Below are positions 53,753 to 63,260 of a DNA stretch of 64,000 nt, piece after piece. Origin of the DNA: a virus. The stretch lies in the IMG/VR virus record IMGVR_UViG_3300023176_002545, one strand, 5' to 3'. The translations under genes and the position numbers were made by a program. Position 1 is the first letter of the stretch, and each line of letters opens with the position of its first letter. Below the pieces are notes generated by a model. That model was given only the letters and a program-made list of their open reading frames with translations. It did no database searches and was not told the origin of the DNA.

Positions 53753-54823
53753 CTATTTATTCCTACCTGATTTCATGTTAGCACACCAATGATACATTTT
53801 GCCTCGTTCACCACTATACTTTTTTGCTTTTTTACGTAAACTAGTTACACTACCTTTACAACTAGCACCTGCTTTTTTAACTCTACCCGGACGGCTTTTG
53901 CCTTTCTTCTTACCGTCAGCAAAGTTTTCGTCTATACTTTCAATAGTCTTTTCTATACCTTTTAGTATTTTAGCAATTTCCTGCTTACCTAAATGTACAA
54001 TCTTTTCAGCAGCTTCTGCTTTACCCTGATCCATATGCTCACCTGCTCTAACGTTAGCATTAAATCTATCTGCTTTTCGTTGAGCATTTTCCATCTTAGT
54101 AAGAACTTTGTCTATTTGTTGAGCTTCTTTTTCTGTAGCCTTAAGAGGTTGTTTAAAGTTTTTTTGCACAACTCTATGTAACCATTGCAGTCCACGCTTA
54201 CTAAGTTCTGGAGCAGCAGTTCTTGCTAGAATAGCAATTATTATTAGAGGGTTTTCAACTAAATCTACACTTTCAGCAAAGTTTTCTTCTACAGGCTCTT
54301 GTATATGCTGTTTAATAGCATCAGCAGTTCTTTCAAACTTGTGATCTTTATATTTAAAACCAACACCACCTGCACCTTCCCAGTTGCGTATGTTAACACC
54401 GTAGTCATCAATTAGTATGTTAGGAGTACCATCTCTTTGTGTAGCATATCTTGCTTTGTCGTGTGTAATAATAACACGCTTTGGTGGAAAGAAATTTAAA
54501 TTATTTTCAATCCATTCACGTTTGTGTGGTTCTGAATTAGGATCATCTGGTAATGGTGAGCTTAGTATATTGTACTCGCCTCTAACATCCTTAATAAGAT
54601 TTAATAAGTTTTGTGCATTAGCAGTCATAGGCAAGTCTAACCAAAAGTTTTCAGTGTCTCTAATCTTTTGTAGTGCTGGTTTGATATCCGTAATATCTCT
54701 CCAACCTTGTCCTATAAGTTTTTTCCATTCTGTAAAAAAGTCTGCAAGAACTCCATCCATGTCTACGAAAATTTCAGTAGTACTGGCTATTTCGTTTTCA
54801 TATATAAGTTCTCTTAATCTCAT
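53753..54823 (-). CDS. HAD 5'(3')-deoxyribonucleotidase-like domain fused to putative virion modules
   Basis: IFVDMDGVLADF, ILSSP, K..W, ILIDD....I..W...GG.G; N-terminus MRLRELIYENE. Confidence 0.75.
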   Translation of the reverse strand: MRLRELIYENEIASTTEIFVDMDGVLADFFTEWKKLIGQGWRDITDIKPALQKIRDTENFWLDLPMTANAQNLLNLIKDVRGEYNILSSPLPDDPNSEPHKREWIENNLNFFPPKRVIITHDKARYATQRDGTPNILIDDYGVNIRNWEGAGGVGFKYKDHKFERTADAIKQHIQEPVEENFAESVDLVENPLIIIAILARTAAPELSKRGLQWLHRVVQKNFKQPLKATEKEAQQIDKVLTKMENAQRKADRFNANVRAGEHMDQGKAEAAEKIVHLGKQEIAKILKGIEKTIESIDENFADGKKKGKSRPGRVKKAGASCKGSVTSLRKKAKKYSGERGKMYHWCANMKSGRNK

Positions 54824-55512
54824 GACTTCTTTTTCTTTTTAGGTTTGTATCCATTAGCAAATGCTGCTTTGCGTTGTGCATCGCTTGCAAAGCCTTCAAC
54901 AAATTTTAAATTATCATAATAACTTGGATCTTCAGCAATATGATCTAGTGCAATTTCTTTTGCAACTTCAAAATTACTAGTATGTTCATATTCAACTTCA
55001 ATGCCCATTTCTAATTGTTTAAGAATTTGTTTTACAGGTACATTGTGTTTACTAGCAAGATCAGAAATAGACGGAGTTGGTTTGTCTAAATCTTCTATGC
55101 TATGGCCGCCCTCCATAAGAGCCAATTCATAATCAGTAAACGTTTTACTACTGTTTACTTCTTCTTTGTCATTGTAGTAAGCAAGAAACTCTTTGTGTTT
55201 TTTTCTAAAAGTCATTTCAGCACGTTGTGGATTACGCACATATATACGCTTCCATGCTTTGTATTCTGGATTGTTTGCTAGTCCACCTTCAAACCAACTC
55301 AAAGGATTAAATCCTTCTGTTAGGCCTAGGTTAAACATTGTGTTAGGATTGTTTTTAGATTTTTTAGTAATAAGCGGAGGACGTCCATCTTTGTCTACTT
55401 TGAAGCCAAACTTTGCTGCTTCTTTAGAAACTTGATCTACATCAACATCGGGTGTAGTGTTAACACCTTTTACAATGCGTCCAACGCCTTCGTCTAGTTG
55501 ATCTATTTTCAT
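54820..55512 (-). CDS. Putative virion protein (DUF5661-like C-terminal module)
   Basis: GIEVEYEHT...AKEIALDHIAEDPSYYDNL; MKIDQLDEG start. Confidence 0.55.
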   Translation of the reverse strand: MKIDQLDEGVGRIVKGVNTTPDVDVDQVSKEAAKFGFKVDKDGRPPLITKKSKNNPNTMFNLGLTEGFNPLSWFEGGLANNPEYKAWKRIYVRNPQRAEMTFRKKHKEFLAYYNDKEEVNSSKTFTDYELALMEGGHSIEDLDKPTPSISDLASKHNVPVKQILKQLEMGIEVEYEHTSNFEVAKEIALDHIAEDPSYYDNLKFVEGFASDAQRKAAFANGYKPKKKKKS

Positions 55513-55730
55513 TTCTTGCGTCCTCTAAACTTTGAATTAACAGATCCTGTCATATGTGGTAAACTAAACCAAAGTTTAAACCAATCAGCATCGCCTGGCT
55601 TTAATCCTAGCTCACGTTCTTTTTGTTTTAGTTCATTTGCAGTGTGTGATATATTCTCAAGAGATACAGTGTTTTGCCAAGGTTGTGGCTCGTTTACACC
55701 TGCTAATCTTTTGAGTTCTTCTAAATCCAT
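55509..55730 (-). CDS. Small putative virion protein
   Basis: MDLEELKRLAGVNE start; coupled at both ends. Confidence 0.6.
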   Translation of the reverse strand: MDLEELKRLAGVNEPQPWQNTVSLENISHTANELKQKERELGLKPGDADWFKLWFSLPHMTGSVNSKFRGRKK

Positions 55731-57568
55731 TACACACCTGCTAACATCTTAATTCTATCTAGCTCAACACTTTCATTTGGTCTTGCCATATCTTGCATTA
55801 GTTTTTCAATAACTGCTAGTTTTATTTGATAGTATTCTGCTTGTGTTCTAAGTTCAGGATCGCCTTGAAGTTCTTGAACCATTCCTTTTAGTTCATTGAT
55901 GAGCCCTGAGAAAGTAGCTTCACCTCTTACTTCTCCGCCAAAGTCAGATTGTAACATTCTTTCAATAGTGACTCTAGCAACTGCTTGCGGTATTTCACCT
56001 GCAAGTTCTGCTTGAAGTGCTTTCATAGCATTTAAACTTTGTGTTTCTTCTGCTGGTGAGTTTTGTTGATAGTTTAGTGCAGGGTTTAAAAATCTGTCAC
56101 GGAACAGTGCCGGAAGTTGTCCATCGCTGCCGCTGCCGTATGCTTGTTGGAATCTTGATATTTGTTGTGCTGTTGCTGTAGCACTGTCTACACTCGGTGC
56201 TGCTTCAGGTTCTTGCACTCCGCCTAGACCTGGTGTTGTTTGATTTGAACCACCTGGAGTTGTTGTAGTTGAAGGTCTTTGTACTTCTGAATCGCCGCCT
56301 ACTTCTGGACTTTGTAAAGTAGGAGAATCTGTGCTTGCAGTTGGAGTAGGTGTAGTTCTATCAACTGTTGGTACTAGCTCTGCAATATATGCAGCCATAG
56401 CACCACGTTCTCTCCAGTTGTTGTTTAGACCTTGTTCAACTGCACGTTGAGTAATAGTTTGTATTAGTTGATCGTTTGGCATGGTTGCACGTACTCTAGT
56501 TAGTTCAGCAACTTGTGCTCTAACAAACTCTTCGGTTGCTTGTCTTGCTGCTTCTTCACGTCTTGCTGCAACTTCTGCATTGCCGTCGCCACGACCTGAT
56601 CCAGTAACTTCTGGTTCGTCTGCTGTTCCTTGCTCTCTGTTTAATCTGTCAATGTATTGTTGACCTTCACCATCTGCTTTAGATCTTGTAAACGGATTAC
56701 CATTGTTGAAACTTGTGTCAATACTGCCGTCTGGACGTCTAACAACAAAAGTAGTAGGATTGTTTGGTGACGGAGTAATACGCCATTGACCAGTACCTTC
56801 AATCTCATTGTCACGCATTGTGCTTGCAGGATCTGCAGGGCGTTCTATGCCCATGCCCTGAGCTCGTTGTGCATCTCGACCGTCTATGCCTGCACCGGCT
56901 GCACGTTCTTGATCTGCTTCGATATCTGCTTGTGCAACACGTATTAGTCCTTGTAGATCATTACTTGTTTCTTCTGTACCATTTGGACGTATAAGTAAGA
57001 ACATATCTTCACCGTCTACACGACCACGTTTTATTTGATATCCGTCTGGAAGACCTTGTGCAAACTGTGGATCAACATCTTGCCAACCGTTTTCTGGTTC
57101 TGCAACTTGTTGACTCATTACATCAGCTTCTGAACCACGTGGTTGTCCATTGTTGTCTGCTGCTCTACGAGCTGCTTCTGCACCGCCGTCACCACGTCCG
57201 ACACCTGTTGGTTCTTGTGCTGCTGGTTCTTGTGCTGCTGGTTCTTGTCTTAGTGTAAGTTCAATTTCACCTGGATCTAATGCACTCCAATCGGTGCCAG
57301 GTCTTATTTGACCATAGTCGCTTGATGCACCTGGTTCTTCTGCAAATTTACGAATTGCTGCTTGTGTTTGTCCACCTGCAATACCGTCAACGGTAATTTT
57401 TGCTGCTGTTTGAAAATTTCTAACAGCTCTTTCTGTAGCAGGACCAAAGATACCATCTGCTGGTCTAATACCCAATGCTCTTTGCATTGCTTTAACTTCG
57501 TCGCCTCTGCTGCCACGTCTTAGTGTTGCTTCGTTTAATGTTTTATAAAATAGTTCACGTAGTAGCAT
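55730..57568 (-). CDS. Putative virion protein with N-terminal peptidoglycan-binding domain
   Basis: LRRGSRGDEVKAMQRALG...DGIFGPATERAVRNFQ...VDGIAG.QT; low-complexity linkers. Confidence 0.75.
   Translation of the reverse strand: MLLRELFYKTLNEATLRRGSRGDEVKAMQRALGIRPADGIFGPATERAVRNFQTAAKITVDGIAGGQTQAAIRKFAEEPGASSDYGQIRPGTDWSALDPGEIELTLRQEPAAQEPAAQEPTGVGRGDGGAEAARRAADNNGQPRGSEADVMSQQVAEPENGWQDVDPQFAQGLPDGYQIKRGRVDGEDMFLLIRPNGTEETSNDLQGLIRVAQADIEADQERAAGAGIDGRDAQRAQGMGIERPADPASTMRDNEIEGTGQWRITPSPNNPTTFVVRRPDGSIDTSFNNGNPFTRSKADGEGQQYIDRLNREQGTADEPEVTGSGRGDGNAEVAARREEAARQATEEFVRAQVAELTRVRATMPNDQLIQTITQRAVEQGLNNNWRERGAMAAYIAELVPTVDRTTPTPTASTDSPTLQSPEVGGDSEVQRPSTTTTPGGSNQTTPGLGGVQEPEAAPSVDSATATAQQISRFQQAYGSGSDGQLPALFRDRFLNPALNYQQNSPAEETQSLNAMKALQAELAGEIPQAVARVTIERMLQSDFGGEVRGEATFSGLINELKGMVQELQGDPELRTQAEYYQIKLAVIEKLMQDMARPNESVELDRIKMLAGV
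57209..57250. repeat. 15-bp in-frame tandem repeat encoding (QEPAA)n
   Basis: GGTTCTTGTGCTGCT repeated twice plus a partial copy. Confidence 0.7.
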
Positions 57569-58142
57569 CTGCGGTTTCCTCGTCTCTAATACCCATTCCT
57601 GATCTTACTGCTGCATACATTTCGTCTGCAACTTCTGGATTAGGTACTCCTTGTTTAAAAGAATCTAAATCGCCTTCTGCCGCTGCTTGACGCATTTTAC
57701 TTGCACTCATGCCTTCTGCTCCGTCTGCGTCTGGATCACGTTCACCGGCACTTACAACTTGTATATTTTTAAATGTATAATCTTTACCGTTATACTTGTT
57801 TAGTAATTCTTCAAATGATTTAACACGATCTGATCCTGCAACATATATTAGATGATCGTATCCTAATTCTTGTACTTTTTGTAGAGCTTGTATAATAGTT
57901 CTTACTTCAGGATGTCCAATAGTAATTTCTGGAAAGAAAAATTTAGCGTATCTTAGTTTGTCTGTAAATGACAAAGGATCAGTTGCAGGTTTTTGTGACT
58001 GACTTAGAAATACATAGTGGTCACCTGGTAGGTTTTTAATCTTTTCTACTAGTTTTGCATGACCAATAGTGGGCGGGTTCATACGACCAAAGGCCATTAC
58101 TGCCGTTCTAGTTGGTGCCTCAAATATTTCTCTGAGTCTCAT
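57555..58142 (-). CDS. HxGH nucleotidyltransferase (cytidylyltransferase/NMNAT-like)
   Basis: FGRMNPPTIGH.KL, DPLS...K, AGSDR, MSASKMR; N-terminus MRLREIFEA. Confidence 0.8.
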   Translation of the reverse strand: MRLREIFEAPTRTAVMAFGRMNPPTIGHAKLVEKIKNLPGDHYVFLSQSQKPATDPLSFTDKLRYAKFFFPEITIGHPEVRTIIQALQKVQELGYDHLIYVAGSDRVKSFEELLNKYNGKDYTFKNIQVVSAGERDPDADGAEGMSASKMRQAAAEGDLDSFKQGVPNPEVADEMYAAVRSGMGIRDEETADATT

Positions 58143-58471
58143 TAGTTGGCTCCTGTTTCAATATCATATATTTTACAAGCCAACAATTCAATTTCTTCTT
58201 CATCAAGTAATTTTTCAGAATCTGCATTAACTTGAAACTTTTCTACATACTGTTTGCAAGCATTTAAAATAATAGGTTCTAATGAACTGCGTGGATCTAT
58301 TTGTACGCCTTTTTTGTGTTGGCTGCACATATTAGAAACCGCTGGATAATATGTTCTACGATAGAACATAGGATCATTAATCATAAATTGATGCACGTCA
58401 TCAACTACATCATAGTCAAAACGTACCTTTTGTGAATCTTGTTCGCTGTTAAAAAATTCTCTTAATAACAT
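58142..58471 (-). CDS. Putative internal virion protein
   Basis: Likely start MLLREFFNSE just after the stop of the upstream gene. Confidence 0.6.
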   Translation of the reverse strand: MLLREFFNSEQDSQKVRFDYDVVDDVHQFMINDPMFYRRTYYPAVSNMCSQHKKGVQIDPRSSLEPIILNACKQYVEKFQVNADSEKLLDEEEIELLACKIYDIETGAN

Positions 58472-58472
58472 C

Positions 58473-59066
58473 TTACCACTTCCTACATGACCAGTAACGT
58501 GCCTTATGACGAGGTCCTGGATTATCGCAATTATGTCTAGCACGGAATGAACGTCTACGTGCTGGGTTAGACTTTTTAATACGCATAGTCTTGTCACCAA
58601 AGTTAACTTTTACAATATTACCCTTTGGATTCTTTACATATACTTTAAATTTTTTAACATCGCCTTGCATAGGCTTGCCAAGTTTTACTTTACGTCCGCG
58701 GTATTCTGCTTCATCAATTTCATCATCGTCGTTGTACCACATTACACCATATGCTTCAAAAAACTCATCTCCATCATAAGTTTCTTCGTCAGTATCTTCG
58801 CCTGTAATTTCAATATCAAAGTTGTCATAACCTTGTGTATATAAATGTGTGTACAGATGATCTGCTAGTTTGTCTGCTTCTGCATCACTAGGAGATTCTT
58901 TAATACCTACACGATAAACAGTTTTACCACCTTTTGCTTCAAAAACAACATAGTCTGTTTCTTCTTCCATTAGTGATTCGTTGATGTTATCAAAACATGC
59001 AAGGAATGTTTTGCTAAAGTTTCTATCTGGTTTTTCATCAAATACTATGCTAATAAAGTTTTCCAT
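58473..59066 (-). CDS. Putative virion protein with basic C-terminal module
   Basis: Acidic N-half; C-terminal NPARRRSFRARHNC..ARYWSC.KW. Confidence 0.6.
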   Translation of the reverse strand: MENFISIVFDEKPDRNFSKTFLACFDNINESLMEEETDYVVFEAKGGKTVYRVGIKESPSDAEADKLADHLYTHLYTQGYDNFDIEITGEDTDEETYDGDEFFEAYGVMWYNDDDEIDEAEYRGRKVKLGKPMQGDVKKFKVYVKNPKGNIVKVNFGDKTMRIKKSNPARRRSFRARHNCDNPGPRHKARYWSCRKW

Positions 59067-59076
59067 TGCCTATTCC

Positions 59077-61854
59077 TTATGTGTAATACGGTATGTATAC
59101 TGTTGTACCGTTGAGTACTATTTCCATATATCCTGCAGGTGTTGCTGTGTTTGTTGGTGTGTTACTGTCAGGTGCACCGATAGTTAGTGTATCTGTTGCT
59201 TGGTTACCTAGTGTAGTATTACCGTTAACAACTAAGCTACCTGTAAATGTTGCGTTTGTAGTTTGAATACTTGCAGGTAATCCAATAGTAACACTACCAG
59301 TTGATGCACTAACTTCAACTTCACTAGCAGTACCAGCAATACTTGTTACACCAGTATTGTTAACTGTAAATGTACCTGCACCATTGTTAGTAACACTTGT
59401 TGCAGTTCCGTTTGCAATACTAATAACACCACTGTTTGCAATAGTTAATGTGTCAGTGGTTGCATTACCAGTTAATGAAATACCACTTCCAGCTGATACA
59501 GTTAGTGTATCGCTGTTTGAATCTGCTACAATGCTGTTTGAACCTGTTACCGCAACAGTTTTAAATATGTTTTGATCGCTACCTCTGTCAGTGTTAGTAA
59601 TACTTACTGCACCAGTAGCGTTTGTATTTGTGCTTAGACCTGTACCTGTTGTAAGATCTGTAACACCTGTGTTGAGTATTTGTATAGCACCATTAGTTGC
59701 ATCAATGTCAATGTCAATTGCTGTGCTACCAATAAATGTAAATTCGTCTGAGTTACCACTTACACTGTAACTTCCAGTTTCTGCCATTACAAATGAGCCA
59801 ATAGTGTCTGCAACAGTAATGGTTTTAATAATATCTTGATCACTACCTAGGTCAGTATTTTCAATAGTTCTTGCTGCATCACCACTCCACGTAGTAACGC
59901 CTGATCCTAAACTAATACCTGTACCTGCGGTTAGTGCATAGTCTGTTTGTGCTGTAATAGTAATGTTAGCAGTACCATTAAAGCTAACATTGTTGATGCT
60001 ACGAGCGTTTGCTAGTTGAGTTGCAGTATCTGCATTACCAACTAATGCACCATTAAAGTTAGTAGCATATACGTTGCTTGCACCAAGATCTCTATCAAAC
60101 TGCCAACGGTCAGTTGCACTAGCATAAGTTAGTGTTGCAGCACCATCAGTACCTAGATCAACTGTTAAACCACCACCGTTTGCTGCGGTAGCATTTGCTG
60201 CATCTTTTGCAACAGTAATGTTTAGGTCTGTAACTTCTAGTGTTGTTGAGTTAACTGTAGTGGTTGTTCCACTAATTGTTAAGTCACCTGTAACTGTTAG
60301 GTTACCTGCAATAGAACTTGTACCAGTTCCGTTAACTGTTAAATCACCACCTGCGGTAAAGTTACCATGTACACTTGTATTTTCTGTACTGTAATCTACC
60401 CATAGTAACTTGTTAGGGAAGCCGTTAACATCTACTGAACCACCCAGTACAATAAAGTCATCTTGTGCATTATAAAAGTTTACAATAGTTGCTTTGTATG
60501 CATCGCCACTAGCACCTGATGGTTCACTGTTATAACCTATAACAAATGGAATACTTGTGTAGTTACCTGTTTGTACAGGAGTATGTGTGTTATCAAATAC
60601 TTCAAATTTATAAAAGAATGAACTTTGGTTAGCACTTAGTACGCTTTCGTCATCTTCTGTACCAACTCTAATTTTTGCAACAGTTCTATAACTTGCCCAA
60701 CTATCTTGTGCAGAAAGACCAATAAATTCAATTTCACCCATATCGCTGTTGATAGCAGGGTTCTTTCTGTCACTTTGTATTTTAAATGTTGCTGTTGAAC
60801 CATTGTTGTTAAATGCATCTGTTGAACGCAACAACATATTTGGATCAGTGCCAGTTACATTTAAGCCGCCTGTAAATGTTGCTGAAAGTGGAAATGCTTG
60901 TGCTTTTAATTCACCATCAACTTCTAGTACATTATTGATGTTTACTTTTGCAGTTTCAATATCAATGCCAGTGTTACCACTGCCACCAATAGTAATGTTA
61001 GTATTGTTAGAACCAATATTAAGTCTTGTAGTTCCTGATTGTATTGATGTTTGACTTGCGTCAATAACAATATCACCTATTGTAAATGTGTTTGCTACTG
61101 CTAGTGACTGCGACGAAATAGCATTAAATGTACTTGAAGAATTACTGTCAATATCACCAGTTATTCTTCCGTTTACAGTAACACCATTTTTGTCAACTCT
61201 AAATGTGTTTAGTAGTGAACCGTTTGAACCTGTGCCACCACGTACATAAAATTCGTATCTGGAATCTAATCCTGTTTGTGTGTTGTTAGATACAGACATT
61301 TCTAAATGTCCAAAATCAACACTATTACCTGCGTTGTCAACACCGTCAAAAGTTATGTCTGCTAGTTTACCTAGTGCTTGATCTGAATGTCTTAGTTTTA
61401 TTTGTGCAGGTGTATCTGTTAAATCGTTAACATTGTTAAATGTAAAGTTAGCAACATTACTGTTTTGGGTACCAACGCTAAGTCCTACGTCCAGTGTAGC
61501 TGTAGCAATAATAATACCATCTAGTGAAGTTTGTCCTCTGCCAACAACATCTGCTAGTGTATCTGTAAATGGCGGAATGTCTGCTGCTGTAATAAAGACT
61601 AGTCCTGGGTTTCCGTCACCATCGTTTACAAGGTCACTTGTAGTAATAGGAATATTTGGAAGACCTTGTAGATCAGCATAAACACCAGTAAAAGTACTAA
61701 CAGGTAAACCGCCCTGTCTGATAACACCAGTTGAAGTAATGTTACCAACTTGCGAAATATCACTTCCGCTTAGGTCTAAATTATCGCCTACCGGAAGTTC
61801 TTTTATTTTATTATTGTCGTTTATATCAACAATTAACGGTACTCTGTTTGCCAT
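59077..61854 (-). CDS. Tail fibre/baseplate-associated structural protein
   Basis: 925 aa Gly/Thr/Asn/Ser-rich beta-repeat pattern; GATAAATA at 61883-61890 upstream. Confidence 0.7.
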   Translation of the reverse strand: MANRVPLIVDINDNNKIKELPVGDNLDLSGSDISQVGNITSTGVIRQGGLPVSTFTGVYADLQGLPNIPITTSDLVNDGDGNPGLVFITAADIPPFTDTLADVVGRGQTSLDGIIIATATLDVGLSVGTQNSNVANFTFNNVNDLTDTPAQIKLRHSDQALGKLADITFDGVDNAGNSVDFGHLEMSVSNNTQTGLDSRYEFYVRGGTGSNGSLLNTFRVDKNGVTVNGRITGDIDSNSSSTFNAISSQSLAVANTFTIGDIVIDASQTSIQSGTTRLNIGSNNTNITIGGSGNTGIDIETAKVNINNVLEVDGELKAQAFPLSATFTGGLNVTGTDPNMLLRSTDAFNNNGSTATFKIQSDRKNPAINSDMGEIEFIGLSAQDSWASYRTVAKIRVGTEDDESVLSANQSSFFYKFEVFDNTHTPVQTGNYTSIPFVIGYNSEPSGASGDAYKATIVNFYNAQDDFIVLGGSVDVNGFPNKLLWVDYSTENTSVHGNFTAGGDLTVNGTGTSSIAGNLTVTGDLTISGTTTTVNSTTLEVTDLNITVAKDAANATAANGGGLTVDLGTDGAATLTYASATDRWQFDRDLGASNVYATNFNGALVGNADTATQLANARSINNVSFNGTANITITAQTDYALTAGTGISLGSGVTTWSGDAARTIENTDLGSDQDIIKTITVADTIGSFVMAETGSYSVSGNSDEFTFIGSTAIDIDIDATNGAIQILNTGVTDLTTGTGLSTNTNATGAVSITNTDRGSDQNIFKTVAVTGSNSIVADSNSDTLTVSAGSGISLTGNATTDTLTIANSGVISIANGTATSVTNNGAGTFTVNNTGVTSIAGTASEVEVSASTGSVTIGLPASIQTTNATFTGSLVVNGNTTLGNQATDTLTIGAPDSNTPTNTATPAGYMEIVLNGTTVYIPYYT

Positions 61855-61891
61855 TCTTTTATATTCCTATAATATACTAGTGTATTTATCG

Positions 61892-62119
61892 TTATGCTCC
61901 TGTACCACCATTTAAACTTTTAACCACTGTAGCAAGACGATCAAGTGCTTCACCTACTGTAGTAGGCGGAGTTCCGTCCCAATCAGTTGAAGTTGAAGGT
62001 GTATATGGTGTTGAGTATAGCTCAGAGAAGTTTTGATTTGTTTTATCAAATGCATCACGTAGTGTATCTGCATTTAAATCAAATTCATAAGCACCTATGT
62101 TTATTGTCTGTTTCGCCAT
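61892..62119 (-). CDS. Small protein with T4 gp9/gp10-like N-terminal domain
   Basis: MAKQTINIG.....ADTLRDAFDKTNQNFSELY. Confidence 0.7.
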   Translation of the reverse strand: MAKQTINIGAYEFDLNADTLRDAFDKTNQNFSELYSTPYTPSTSTDWDGTPPTTVGEALDRLATVVKSLNGGTGA

Positions 62120-62129
62120 TACTCATCTC

Positions 62130-62555
62130 TTAGTGATTCAACAATATACTGTTTACTGTTCCTGCTGTCCAAACGTCAACAACCACTCTAATCCAGGTAA
62201 AATTACCTACAAAGTTATAAATTTTTGTGCTTGTTTCTGGTGCAGTATATTCTATTTCACTAACGAGATTACCACTTTGCGAAACTGCTCCTGATGCCAA
62301 TACAGTTAATTGTGTAGTACTAACTGTTGGCTCTGCAAGTTTAATAGTAATCCAATCTGTACTTGTTGGATTATTAGCAATACTTGCTTCAACGTGAAAC
62401 TTTCCAGTAAAGCCGTCTAGGCCAAACTGAACTGTATGATTCCCGTCACCACTTCCAAAGTATCCGTCCCCTGCTGTTTTTTCAGTCATATAAGGCAGCA
62501 CTCTTGAAATGTCATATGCTATTGATGGTTGTATAATTACGCTTCTACTGGACAT
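62130..62555 (-). CDS. Putative structural protein
   Basis: All-beta pattern; GATAAATA 4 nt before ATG. Confidence 0.55.
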   Translation of the reverse strand: MSSRSVIIQPSIAYDISRVLPYMTEKTAGDGYFGSGDGNHTVQFGLDGFTGKFHVEASIANNPTSTDWITIKLAEPTVSTTQLTVLASGAVSQSGNLVSEIEYTAPETSTKIYNFVGNFTWIRVVVDVWTAGTVNSILLNH

Positions 62556-62573
62556 ACTGTATTTATCCTTACT

Positions 62574-63260
62574 TTAAATATCTAAGTCGTCACTGGTCAC
62601 TAGGCGTGTAACACTTTGTATTCCTTCGCCTATAAACAGTGTAACTATATTTAAAGTTTTTTTGTCTTTTACGTGTATTATACGACCCTCAGAAAGAAAA
62701 GAATCTGTCATCAGCTCTTTTAAAAATATATTGCTTATTTTAACATGCTTTGGAAATTTTTGACACCATTCTGCAAAAGGTTTAAAAGACTGTCTAACGT
62801 ATCTAGTTTTAAGTTTATATTCGTATTCGTTATTTTTTACTATTTCAATGTTAGGATTTTCTAACAAATAAGATGCCATATCAGTGTTTTTAGGCTCCAT
62901 AAAGTCAACTATATGGTAGTGCAGTTTATTTTTTAAACTGTCTAACCATACAGTATCATTACTAAAAACATTGATAGTTTTACTTTCAATACGTAGAGTA
63001 AATTCAGTATTTGCAGTTGTAAAAATATTAAGTAGTCTTAATGCTAGGTGTATATCTGACATTTGTATAGCATTGCCAGTGCCATATATACCAAAGGTTG
63101 GAACTATACCTTTAGCAATGTCTTGATTCCAAAGATCTAATCTATATTTTGCATAATTAAAATCTTTATTTCTAAAGATACTGGCTAGGTGACATCTAAT
63201 CCCTAGCCTGTATGCATATTTTTTATAAAATAGTTTTGAAGTAAACTTATTCTGATACAA
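62574..63260 (-). CDS. Hypothetical protein
   Basis: Long ORF after clpA; start uncertain (TTG at 63260 or ATG at 63311). Confidence 0.6.
   Translation of the reverse strand: MYQNKFTSKLFYKKYAYRLGIRCHLASIFRNKDFNYAKYRLDLWNQDIAKGIVPTFGIYGTGNAIQMSDIHLALRLLNIFTTANTEFTLRIESKTINVFSNDTVWLDSLKNKLHYHIVDFMEPKNTDMASYLLENPNIEIVKNNEYEYKLKTRYVRQSFKPFAEWCQKFPKHVKISNIFLKELMTDSFLSEGRIIHVKDKKTLNIVTLFIGEGIQSVTRLVTSDDLDI

Noticed and set aside
58472-58600. Upstream extension of ORF 58142-58600
   Set aside because: It overlaps the 3' end of the upstream gene in another frame; Met 58471 immediately follows that gene's stop and carries the shared MLLRE leader
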